A stretch of 64,000 nucleotides of DNA from Leptogorgia sarmentosa (Eukaryota). The stretch lies in the NCBI GenBank assembly GCA_964658305.1, contig OZ210884.1:6448001-6512000 (forward strand), in the 5' to 3' direction. The first letter of the stretch is position 1, and every line of letters begins with the position of its first letter. A program made the translations under genes and the position numbers. Shown piece by piece: positions 1 through 12,376 of the stretch. Under the pieces are notes generated by a model. That model ran no database searches and had not been told where the DNA came from. It was given only the letters and a program-made list of their open reading frames with translations.

Positions 1-63
1 TTATTTTATTGTCCAATCACATATTATTGGTATGTTGCCACGTACAAAAATCTTTCAACACAC

Positions 64-1994
64 CTGTAGGAGTTGAAGTTGGAGTGGGAGTTGGAGTTGG
101 AGTTGCGGGTGGTGTTGGGCAGTAGCCGCAAGCTCGAGGACAGTTTCTTTTCATCCACGTTTTAAGGAGTTTGCAATAACCTTTAGCTTGATACCCAGGA
201 CACCAGCTATACTCCCGCATATTGCAGACTAAATAAAAAATCAAAAATTCAACACACATTGATATCAATATATATATAACCATAAAGATATATTGTTCAG
301 TGCTAAATAATTTTGTCACAGTTGCAGTCTTATTTTTGCAAAGCTTTCGATTCGTAAGCCCCTTTTCTATTTAACAATTAGATTACGAGCTCGAGATTTC
401 TATGAGGTGATAGTTGATGAGGGCGAAGCCCGAATCAACTATCATCTCGTAGAAATCGAGAGCGAGTAATCTAATTGTTTTAGTAGAATAAGAGATCAAA
501 CATGAAAATATTGCAAAAAATAATTTAAAACCGCGTGTCAGAAGACATTTTCTTGAACGAAAATTCACATCTTTTGCTACTCGCTATCTATCGAGGAATA
601 GATAGCGAGTAGAGTAGCCAATCAAATTGCAGCATTTGCAATAGTATACGAGTATGATTCTACTAAATATAGTTATAGTTATAATCGGATATAATTGACT
701 GATTGATTGGCTTGTTTATACGCAGAAAATATTAGAACTTTTTTCGCTTTTTGCGAATACAGGCGAATGTAGCATCGATGCATTGTTTATCTAAAAGAAA
801 ATTTGGCTACCGTTTTATCGTTATATTAATAATAGCTATACTGATCTTAGCACAAGCGAACAAAAGACTTTGTGAGACAAGCGAAGCGAAGACTTCTGGT
901 GTGGCTGTAACGAAACATGATATTTTTGTTTTATGAATCAGCTAATAATTTGTGATTAAGAAACATGATATACGATATTTTATTTTCGAATAATTTTGTG
1001 TTTGAGCTGTGAAAATTATATTAATTGATATAATCCATACGAAATACAGAATTTTTGTCGACAAACCTGCAGTACTAGTTGGGGCCGGTGTTGCGCAGAA
1101 GCCACAAGTCCGAGCACAATTACTTTTCATCCATTTTTGAAAGAATGTGGAATTGCAATAACCCCTAGCTTTAAAAGTAGAACACAACTGATTCTCACGT
1201 CCACTGCAGCCTGAATAAAAATATTTTAACGGTTGAGTCTCCATTATTTAACCGGTGCGTCAATTGTTAATTTATATTCTATCAACATGCACATATTTAT
1301 TATATCAATAAAGATATCATTCAGTACTGAATAAGTTCTTTGTACGTTTGCATGGTAAAAAATAGAATTAAAAGCTTTCGGTTCGTAAGCCCGGATCCTC
1401 ATCAGTGCTAATAATCAGATATTATACCATTGATGAACATCCGTGATCGAAAAAAAATAAAATACGTAGTGTATCTACAAAGTATAAAACTATAAATTAT
1501 AAAGAGATGATGATTTGGCTGTTGTGAAAAATGTAGGGCTTGATTCCTGGTAATAATCAGTCTGATAATCGCAGATGTGCATCCAGCCTTTAGACGTTAC
1601 TTGCGAGCTTTTGTCTTTACCAGTCTGTAACTATACCCTTCGAAAAGTCACATAGACAGCTGAGTATAGTTTCGGTATCCTTTACCAAATTGTAGGCTAC
1701 ACATGCCCGCAGTGGTAGTCGCGAGAGCTTGTGAATAAATAAATATTTAGTCGTAGAACATCTAATCTTTTTCATTTCGATTGTTAATCAGTTGATGAAT
1801 AAGCCGCAACAATCGTAAATAACAATGATTGGAAATTTAATGTTAGCTTCATTTTCAAATTTCAACAAAAATATATAGAAAGCAACATACGAACCTTTTC
1901 CCCTGTTTCTATTGAAGGAAATACGAAGAGTGGAGATACATGCGCACAAACATAACAGCAAGAGTAAAGTTCCCAAAGTACGATTCGTCGCCAT
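64..1994 (-). CDS. Secreted ShKT (ShK toxin-like) domain protein, 5' part; gene continues past the window start. Exons 1994-1895, 1210-1067, 228-64
   Basis: Exon 1 encodes a signal peptide (MATNRTLGTLLLLLCLCACIS..). Exons 2 and 3 each encode a six-Cys ShKT-type domain (CSGRENQLCSTFKARGYCNSTFFQKWMKSNCARTCGFC; CNMREYSWCPGYQAKGYCKLLKTWMKRNCPRACGYC) followed by a Pro/Thr linker. All introns are GT-AG phase 1 and the frame is continuous. Confidence 0.85.
371..667. mobile_element. Palindromic non-autonomous repeat with a long terminal hairpin (GGGCGAAGCCC loop), in the ShKT gene intron
   Basis: Imperfect inverted repeat ~374-480 centred on gggcgaagccc, plus a second hairpin ctactcgctatcta/tagatagcgagtag at ~577-612. 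A related copy of the first hairpin lies in the opposite orientation at 55325-55452. Confidence 0.6.
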
Positions 1995-4463
1995 TTCTAA
2001 CTTGTTGCGTCTTGTTCAAAGACGCGATTTAAACTACCATTGACCTTGCGCAGTAATTTATACCGAACAGCGCGCTGCTAAAATTATCATATCTTGCGTC
2101 AATACGTGCTGGCGTCAATAGGTGTGGTAGGGGAGAACTGTCATTACTAACCACGCGTCTCTCCACACCCAGTAGGCAATGATAAGGTGTTCTGACAGTG
2201 TAAACATATACGACCTTCGTTGACCAGGTCAAGAACAATTGTTTTAACATTGCACGTTATGACGGGAAAAGTAGCTATAATCATGTATAATGATGGAGCT
2301 TTGCCCGCTGTTGTAGAGAAATTGGCGCTACGAATGAATGAAAAGATGAATATTAATGCCCGTTAGCTAGAATATTAACGTTAGCTAATTAAATTCTATA
2401 TAAACATCAATGGTTTATGATGTATGCATTAAAAATCGCTTGCTGTGCATTAATATTCAACTTGAATTACAAAATATATCGGCCTCATCAAAATTTGAAC
2501 CTCAGTAACATATTTTCTTAACAAATAATATGACGCGGTCTTGGCCCGATCATATTAGGACAAAAATCCTCATTCGTAAACTTTGCGGAAGCAAATAGTG
2601 ATATTGACTCTGGGCCCAAACTGATGTGATGTTTGAGACCATATTTACTGTTGAAACTGATAGCAATGTTTGAAAAACATACGTGGAAGCAAATTCATCC
2701 AATTTTTGTTTTGGTAGCGTTTAAAGAAACACAAACTTTTCTGTATTCAAAAGACGATTTGGTTTCCTACTCTAATAATTGATGTGAACGGTAAGATGAA
2801 TCAAATGTCAAAACACTCCGGATGTGCGGCGAATTCGGAATCGTTTGCTGTGCAAACGGGGTCTTGGCCCTTAGGTAGCATGCATAGGCGTATTTTTATT
2901 GTCACTTTGACGATTTTATAAGTACGAGACAATTACTCAGTCATTATAAGGATTTAAATCCGGACTAAGTACGGGATCTGGATTATACCACGGATTAAGT
3001 TTCCGTATTATTTAACATTTATTGACTGGGCCCAAGGGAAACAGTGTGTGTGTTTTGTGGACCCGAGACGGTCGATGTTTCCCGAAGCGAAGCTGAATCA
3101 TGTTACCGTATGTTACTGTTCAGTTTATCTCGCTGTAACCATTCAGATCTGAGAAAAATCGTGTACAAATTGTTCAATTGCCCGTCATTTGGGAAAAAAG
3201 TCACGTGATTGCAAACAAGCAATTGAGCCGGTTTTCCATTTGCGAACTTTGTCGCGCGAAGCGATTTTTTTCACTCGTGCGCATGCGTGTCCATAAATGT
3301 TATGTTGCGATAAAATTCGCCAACCGTTCGCTACGGCGAAGAAACGAACTCGAATGATCCCTATATACCCGTTCGCACTTTTTCGCAGCGAAAAAAGTCG
3401 CGACCTAAATGGTTAAATAGACTACAAAATTGCCATTCAGTGATATATTCGGCGCATCCAAAATCTTTTCATTACGAGTGTATAAGTAGCTTTTATGGGT
3501 TTTACGTTGAATGAAATCAAACAGGGTATAGTTTGTTATGGGACACCCAGACCCAGTAGTCTAGAGAATCTCAAAGTGTAAAGTGTTATTTGCACATTTT
3601 ATAGATGTCTTTGTTCTATCGTTTAGGTGTAAGTTTTAGGGACGTTTAGGGATGTTATTTATTCAATACCCACACGTACTAACGTCTAACAAAAAATATC
3701 GTCAGTCATATAATTGTATAGTTAAATAATTGTTTAAATTCCGAGGACATGCATGCAATTACAAAACACAAAACACATGCAGCATATATGTTATACGGGG
3801 TGGCGCAAAAAAAGTTCTCGCGTTTAATTCAGTTATAGCGAAATAACTGTAAGTCTGTAAGAGCTACGTTTATCGAATAAACTTTGTCGTATCCAAAAAG
3901 GCCTAAAATAAATTTTTAATTGATATGCAGTAGTAAGATTTTTGTAGAATAATAAAAGAAATATCATTACTGCATTCATTTTAGTCTCGTGGACAGTTAA
4001 AAATTAAAAAGGCTCTGTCAAACGATTGAGAAATGGAAATGTATCATTTTTCACTTCATGTAAGTATTAAACCAACATCGGCACATAAGATCCCACATAG
4101 TAAAATCAACAAAGGATGTTGAGAATGGATAATGATTCTAACTTGGCGAAAATTTTAATAAAAGTAGATCTCATTGTTTGTATAACAAATAATATATAAT
4201 CCTACCACAATGAACGGAATGCCTAATGTCATGACAATATAATAGTGTTGCCCGGTAACGAAATAATAGTTTTCTACAAGCAGTTTCACGTTCATAAAAG
4301 CCTTACTCTCAGTGACAAACTGCATCATTTTTAAAGTCAAGATTCAAATAAAGTTACATAATTATGCTGCATTGTATCAAAATGAAACTGGGATTATTCT
4401 TCGTGTTCATATTCTGTCAGCTGAGTTATGGTTAGTATAGCCACTTACTGATTTTTCAATATT

Positions 4464-7400
4464 ATGATGGCCATAAGCGATATTTCAAAAGAGATCGGTG
4501 TATTTTTTGTGCTTGTAGCTGGTAACGTACAGCAACACAAATATGAGAACATGTAGAAGTTCTAAACAGTCAGGACCAGTTTACTCACGGTAGTCAAACA
4601 GTGAAGGTCGTTGACGGTAATTTCAGTAAAAACTAAAGTACTGGACGTATCTATTCTTAAATCTTAAAAAATATATATTGATTGTGATACTCCGAAAAAC
4701 GTACCGGATGACATTTATACGGAACGATTATATATAGCCATCTATTTAATTTTATTAAACTTTCGCCGTCGTATAGTTATAAAACTATAACTCCCTTATA
4801 TCAACCTTCAGCTTTTCTCGTACACTGATTACGAAGCGTTCATGCTAACCGTTCATAATCCGTTCACCTGATAATATAATTTTGTACCTGCATGAAGAGC
4901 GATATAGCTAGCTATAGCCATGTAATAATTTCGATCGACACTATACATGACTTTCCTGAAAATGAAGGTGAAAATGACGTCTACAGCTAGATTTGTTCCC
5001 AAGATTCTTCTTAGGGTGAAAAGTACGTTGCATTTGGCTAATTTCCTGAGTAAGGGAACAATATGTAGATCAATAACCCATTCCGACAATTATGTGAAAA
5101 ATATTAATTTGATGTTTTAAAAGAAGCTTATTTGCATGAATGAGAGCTTGTGTTGTCCCGCGATGGATGCGTGTGCATGTGTTTGATTCGAATTGTTTCA
5201 AACTTTTAACTTCCTGGTCCTGTGTACCAACTGCGCAAAATTACGTTACTTGAGTAAAATAATGTTTGGTTTCACCATAAGTGTCAATAATTTACAGTTT
5301 GCGATACTTTCTCATTTAAAAATTCCACGTATAGCCTAGACCTCATCAGGGCTTGTGCTATATATCTTTGATAAAATTGTTAGATGCAGGTTTGACATGA
5401 AATAGCCACAAAGCAAGCCTATATATAGATACGTCATAACATTCATTTTGTAATTTACCAATTTTAATTTTTAGTTTGCTCCAATAATGTATCTGATACA
5501 TCTGTCACGCCAAGTGTTTCTGCGACTTCACCAACGAACTCAAGTAATATACCTACTACACCTCTCACGTCAAATGTTTCTGTGACTTCACCAACGAACT
5601 CAAGTAATATACCTACTACACCTCTCACGTCAAATGTTTCTGTGACTTCACCAACGAGCACAAGTAATATACCTACTACACCTCTCACGTCAAGTGTTTC
5701 TGTGACTTCACCAACGAGCTCAAGTAATATACCTACTACACCTCTCACGTCAAGTGTTTCTGTGACTTCACCAACGAGCTCAAGTAATATACCTACTACA
5801 CCTCTCACGTCAAGTGTTTCTGTGACTTCACCAACGAGCTCAAGTAATATACCTACTACATCTCTCACGTCAAGTGTTTCTGTGACTTCACCAACGAGCA
5901 CAAGTAATATATCTACTACACCTCTCACGTCAAATGTTTCTGTGACTTCACCAACGAGCACAAGTAATATATCTACTACACCTCTCACGTCAAGTGTTTC
6001 TGTGACTTCACCAACGAGCACAAGTAATATATCTACTACACCTCTCACGTCAAATGTTTCTGTGACTTCACCAACGAGCACAAGTAATATATCTACTACA
6101 CCTCTCACGTCAAATGTTTCTGCGACTTCACCAACGAGCACAAGTAATATATCTACTACACCTCTCACGTCAAGTGTTTCTGTGACTTCACCAACGAGTT
6201 TTAGCACCAAGGAACCTTTAATTATTGCGGTTACACTTACGTTCGAGATGAAAGAATTCCATCCAGATCTTTACAATAAAAAAAGCTTGAAGTTTTTTGA
6301 ATTGGAAATAGAAGTAAAGAATGAAATCATTTTGGCATACAAGGAAACAGAAAAACTCATATCAGTAACCATACTTGGATTTCGTCCAGGCAGCATAATT
6401 TGTGATAGTCGTTTATATTTTGCAAATTCAACAAAACAGGATACTCCTTCCCTGAAGGAGACTCTGTTGGAATATGGAAAAAATACTAGCAAATTTGAAG
6501 TTTCGAAGTTTGAGGAAGTAGCTGGCAACAACGACGACGATGATGATGATGATATTATACTTGGACTAGATTGGTGGCAAATTGGTCTGGTTATTGCAGG
6601 GGTGGTGATATTGATCCTGTTGATAACTGTCATTGTTTTGTGCGTAAGTGTGTATTAAATATATCATTGGTTTCCGAAATATACTTCACTCAGTATAATT
6701 TTGGCTCCATTTCTCTGCAGTTGATAAACACAGCAATAGACTAATTGTCCATGTATCAGATAACTGTAAATAAAAATACACGCCACCCCAAACCTGAACA
6801 GAAAGATTGGATAAAATTCTCTGAGCTTTTCAGCTTTTCCAAATTCCTACAAGGTGATACCTACAGTATATAAGATTGTAATAGCTTATGACTGTTTTTT
6901 CCCCCTCCGTATAACTAATTTTTTAAATCATAATTAAGCGGAAAATATCAAGAAAAAAGAGAGCACAAGGCAACATGTCACCTTACAGTGGTCCTTTTTA
7001 TGAAACTATTGGCGCAGAGGAAGAAATGAAAACTCTGCGGGCATCGCCGACAAAAGGGAATGTCGGAAACATGTCCACGTCAGACAATGGTAACGCGGAG
7101 CCTGGTAAAAAGGTAAGAACTTGTAGAAATGCTGAACCTTCAATTGCTGTTTTGTTTATGTAATATGTTTTGCTTTTTTAATTAAAATACGAAACGGAGG
7201 ACTTTACCGGAATTTCAAAGTTTATAAGTTCTTGAAAAATTTGAACTGCGAAGAAACTTCTAAAATCTAATTACGATTTGTGTTAGCGAATTTTTCATGT
7301 GCTGAACCTAATGCAAATGAGCTCGAAAGAAGAAGTTAGGTTCGTTACGGTGAAAACTTCGACATCCAAACTACGCCTTTATCTATCTGCAAATAGCTAC

Positions 7401-7890
7401 CAGCTAATAGATATTAGTCTGCGCCTTAAAATCATTGTTCATCTACGAATTATGCTCCCGAGCATGCAAAATTTCTACCAATCTTTGTCAACAATGGGGT
7501 TCACTTTTCTGAACTTACGAACTTGTATGTATGTACTCATATAAATAACAATTAATAATTATCAGTACTAATTCAAAAGGAATTAGGATTTTAAGAACTA
7601 CTTTTTGAAGAAATGGCACGCGTTGCATTATAACCATGAAAACAAACCTCAATTTAGTTTTTTATGCATAATGCAAAATTAGAAAAAACGTAACGAGTAT
7701 ATTTTCGTTGTCTTGACAGAGAGTTAATATGTACTCATCTGCGAGTTCAAGTGATATAAAAAGCGATGGTTTGGTGAATGAAACAACAGCAAAAGTTGGA
7801 AAGGATAACGCTGGTGTTGAAGTGAATGAATATGATTACGTCACAATATTGGACTCCAATGCTAGCGCAGGCGACGTAGTGAAACTGTAA
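4464..7890 (+). CDS. Transmembrane mucin A (signal peptide, 20-aa PTS repeats, SEA domain, TM, Tyr-containing tail). Exons 4464-4521 (putative), 5475-6643, 6939-7112, 7720-7890
   Basis: Putative signal exon MMAISDISKEIGVFFVLVA ends at a phase-1 GTAACG donor. The large exon has the Ser/Thr/Pro repeat, a SEA domain with FRPGSII, poly-Asp and TM WWQIGLVIAGVVILILLITVIVLC|GTAAGT. Two in-frame cytoplasmic exons follow (RKISRKKR..YETI..; ..EYDYVTI..VVKL*). Exon 1 is less certain than the others. Confidence 0.8.
5513..6198 (+). repeat. 60-bp coding tandem repeat (~11.5 copies; SVTSPTSSSNIPTTPLTSSV)
   Basis: Consecutive 60-nt lines from 5521 to 6180 are near-identical. Confidence 0.97.
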
Positions 7891-8031
7891 TTAGCGATAC
7901 ACAACACATTCATTGCACGGCACACCTCAGGGGAGTACTGAGGGCACTGTGGCGAGGAGAGAGGGAGGGGGTTGAAGATTTGCCCACTAAAGCTGAAAAA
8001 CGTACGAAGCACTTTCGTATGAAATGATAAA

Positions 8032-8235
8032 GGCCCGTTTACACTTGCAACTTTCACTGCGATTTTTAGTGCGATTTTCTCCTTTTGACGGATATGAATG
8101 AGTGAACTAGTTACAAATGTGTGGTGAAGAAAAATCCACTGAGTACATTCGTTATTAATCCATATTCGTTCACATCCGTCAAAAGGAGAAAATCGCGCTA
8201 AAAATCGCAGTCAAAGTTGCAAGTGTAAACGGGCC
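8032..8235. mobile_element. MITE with long terminal inverted repeats (Harbinger/PIF-like ends)
   Basis: ggcccgtttacacttgcaacttt...aaagttgcaagtgtaaacgggcc with ~70-bp TIRs and TA-rich flanks. Superfamily assignment is inferred. Confidence 0.75.
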
Positions 8236-9699
8236 TAAGAGACAGTAATGATAAAATATTTCACGTACAACCGACACCAACGCCTCTAGAAGACTAAAGA
8301 AGGGATAAGATAATCCCTTTAAATGTACTTTGTACCATATAAAATTAAACCTACCAATCGCATTGGTTCCAGAAATGGACAACAACCAATCGTCCATTCA
8401 ATCTTTCGATTTCGCACCTCCACAACTCCACCCACCGCCCTTACTGCCCAATCGGTACGCCTCTGTCATATATCCTTATTTTGATAATATAACATATATT
8501 TGTTATTGATAATAATCAGGCAGCGTATAGTATAGCAACAGCAGATACTTAATGCAACGCTTAAATATAGGAAAAGTTTTGCTCGTTGCAAAAGTAACTT
8601 AAAAGTCATCCAGTTTGTAATACCACTACAGCTATACACAATAGCATGAACTATTGCACCATGCACCAAATATATTTATAGCTCAACGCAATGATTTATT
8701 TTAACAATACATACCCATAGAAGTTCAAATATACATTTGCCAGTTATAATTCATAATTGTTTCATAATAATCAGGGAAACCGGAACTATGAAAGAGCATG
8801 CAAGGGGGCAGACCGTTCTCAAAGGGAATTTTTACCGATAAAAGCTACGTTGTTCAAACGTATCCCTCGTGCATTAAAATTATGTTTCGCATTTTATCAG
8901 AAAACATAGCTATACACCATGATTTTTTTGCCCAAATTGTACAGTCACGCGTCCCTAACCCTACACAATCCTGCCCAACTTCACAAAGATCACTGTAGGC
9001 AACTCTGCTCTGGTGTCCCTGATAATCAATATGTCCCCAACCGATGTCAATTTTGGCGATGCTGTACCACTTTTCAGGAAATACTGGTAGATTAATTTAG
9101 AGACAAAGTATGCTACGTAGCTATTTCTACGTAGCTATTTGTTTTGTGGTTAATGTTTTTTCGACTAATTTCTTTCCTGAAGTTCTGTTTTCTTCTTGCT
9201 TTCGCGCGAAGTGGGAAAATGAGCTTTAGCTGATTTTGATTTTTGACGTGGTTAGGCAAAAAAATTCTAACAGAGGTTTTAAAATACAATATATTGTTTG
9301 CGTTTTGGACTGAACACAAGTTTTATGATGATGAAGCTGGCAGGCCAATAATTTTGACCCCTGGATTTGTTTTTTACTTGTTTCAAAGTCAAGACAACAA
9401 AACCAAAGTAAGATCATTTTTTTCGGAATAACATCCATCGAAACGAGCTTTTCTGACCGGGGCATGGAAGCCATTGTGCATAGTGTTCATGCCACAGACA
9501 GTACATTACATTATACGGTATGTGGCAGCCCAGCCAATGAAAAAGCTAAAAAATACTATACTAGCTATTATTTCTCAATGCTTCACATTTTCAACCCAAC
9601 TATAAATATATTAAGATATTCTTACAATCACCACAAATGAAGCACCCAAAATCAGTAGTCACTATTATCAACTCAAGCCATTACACCAAAGGAATCTTT

Positions 9700-12376
9700 C
9701 TAGTAAATGTCAGTTTGGTTGAACGTTGTCATGGGAACCCGCTCGTCATCTTTGTACTTAACGCTTTCGTCATTGTATTTCAACTGGATGTCTGGTGAAT
9801 ATTCTCGAATTTCGTTCGACTCTGCCAGTGAATGAGAGTAATGGCGTTTCTGGATCTAATAAAGAGTGACAGTTTTGTTTTATTAAAGAAAAAAAAATGA
9901 TAAAATTCCGAAAGAATAAAACTTTCATATGCATGCTTTGCATTTCAAGTTGGTTCAGGTAAAAAAAGGGACAAAAGATTCTAGATCAGATCTAGTGTTG
10001 TGACAATATAATGCTTATCAGATGCCGATCGTATCGAAGGCGTTTAGCTTAAGCGGAGGATAAGCAAAAAAGTCCTATCATTTTGTAAGTAATTGAACCA
10101 AAGTTTTATCAACTAAATGTTTCTACGCATATATATTTGTTATGTTGAGACAAAAAAGCTTATTTTGCATAAGTCTACAGTATATAATTTCGTTTGATAT
10201 TTTCGAGTTATGCACCGTTTAAGCTAAATAACACCTTTGAATTTCTCGTCGAGTGACTACGTACTTACTGTAGCTAGAAAATTTGACGAAAACCTCAACT
10301 TATGCAATTAGTTATCGCATCCGTTGCAGTTTTTGAAAGGATTCACGGACGATCAAGCGCACTTGGTCGTCACTTTGCCAAATTAAGCTCATGCATAGTA
10401 TCATGCAAACAGGACTTTCAAAAATTCAAATGTCATTTACTTACACATTGGCTGATGACTATCACAAACAGAACCAAACAGACTCCACCAAGTACAGAGA
10501 TAATGATAATGGGAATACGACCCCATCTTTCTTTCTCATCTTCTTCATCCGCGTCTAGATCTTTCTCGTTGACCTCAATCTCACCCACTTCAAATTTTCC
10601 AAATCCTCCCTTTGTTTTCTGTGCCCGGTTCAAAATATTGTTAATTTGCTCGACTTTGACCGGTTGTGAATCTTTTGATTCTGTGTGAATGACGACGTCA
10701 CAAGCCAAACTTCCTTCGAAGAACTTCAAAACTTCAGTATAGAGGTATTCAGGCATGTTTTTAAAAACTTCATCAAATTGTTCTGCTATCTCTTTGCTTT
10801 TTTCCATGAATGCTCGGGCACTTTTTGTATATTCTTCTTTAAATGCTTCTGATATTATTTTAATTGTACAGGAAAATTGTTGTTCTTTCAACTTTGTCGA
10901 TGCAAAGGTTGGTTTGGTTGGGACTTGAATGCTGTACACGGTTGTACTAAACGATGAGGTGCCTGTTGGTGTTATTTCCATATCGGAATTGTCAACTTTG
11001 GAAACGGTTACTGCAGTAACTTTTGTCATTGATAATTGCTCTTGGATCTTCCCGCCGCCATTGGTAACAGTTTTTGAGAAAGATGACACGCTACTGGAAG
11101 GTCGAATCATGCGATAAGTCGTAAAATTATTTAGACTTTCCCTTGTTTGGTTGTTGAATGTTGCAGGAATGCTCGAAAGTACATTTACTTTCGTCTGCAT
11201 TGCTTTGCTAACTTTCATATGAATCATTTTGCTTTTGGAAACAGTTTTATCAGGCCATTTTTCTTTTGTTGCATTAATTTCCATTGTGTGGTTATACGTA
11301 AGCAGCGGTGAACCTTTCGACGTACCAGGCAGAACCTTTGTGTCATTTCCTGAAGGGAAAACACTTCCTTTGAGCTCTCTACTATGGGTCATATTCGGAG
11401 CGGTTTTTGTAAAGGCGACGTTGATGTTACTTTGATTCTGTTTCATGACCAAGGATGGACTTGGGTGCAAATAAACTGTCCTGTTTGTTTGCTTTACGAC
11501 GAACGAGATTCTTGTTGAAGCATTAACTTGAATGTTAGGTTTCTCCGAGACGGTTTTGTGAGATATTGCACTTGCTTCAATTTTAGTATACGTATGTGAC
11601 ATGTTTTTGGTAAAGAAATTGGAAGCATCGTCAGAAGCAATGGTAACGGCGATGCTCAGCGTGGCTGGTTTCATCGTAATTTTAGACTCAGCCGAAAGTA
11701 CGGGGACTGTAACGGGTTCGCGATTCCTTTTCTCAGAATCAGTGACATTGGTCCCAGGATGCACTAACGACTCAACTGAAGACTGTTCAGGCATTGGAAA
11801 AGATGCCATGGGAATCGATACTTTTGGTTGAGTGGTAATGGCCGTCAAATTCGTCTGGATTGATTTCAAAATAGTACCTCGTTCCTTTTCTGGCATTAGA
11901 ATGGTGGAGGTTTCTTGTCTATTGATTGGATGTGAAGCCTTTACAGGCATGGTCGAGGTTACCGCCATCTTGGAAACATTCACCGCTACAATGTGGGGAC
12001 TTGATTGCACGCGATAAACAGATGATAACGCCTTTTTAACATGTATGACAGTTGATGAGATTTGAGTTGATATTTCTGCTCTTGTTTTAGACACTTTAGG
12101 AATTGGTTCACTGACGAAATGCAAGGCTGTAGAATTTAATCTACTTTCTTGCAAAATCATGCTATCCTCAATGGTGGCAAGTTCTTCTCGCGCGGTTGAG
12201 AAAGGAAGAGGAGCCACTGACGAGGGAGGCATTGAGCGAGGTTCAGTAACAATTGAGGATAAAACGTTATTTAAAGTGGTTGTGTTTTCTGCTTCAGCGA
12301 AAGTATTCAAAAGAAGAAGGACAGTTGAAACAACCAAAACAATGCCATGAATGACTGCTTCTAGTCCTACCCACAT
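9700..12376 (-). CDS. Transmembrane mucin B (signal peptide, non-repetitive Ser/Thr-rich region, SEA domain, TM, tail). Coding exons 12376-10445, 9855-9700
   Basis: The ORF has a hydrophobic N-terminus, an S/T-rich region with many N-x-S/T sites, a SEA domain with FFEGSLACD, an acidic stretch and TM IPIIIISVLGGVCLVLFVIVISQC|GTAAGT. The in-frame last exon reads IQKRHYSHS..QTDIY*. Confidence 0.85.

Noticed and set aside
5513..6198. Regular repeat array resembling CRISPR
   Set aside because: No unique spacers and no cas genes; it is an in-frame coding repeat in a eukaryotic gene.
5464..6210. 248-aa minus-strand Val/Leu-rich repeat ORF
   Set aside because: Antisense of the mucin A 60-bp repeat. 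The plus strand has the splice sites, SEA and TM.
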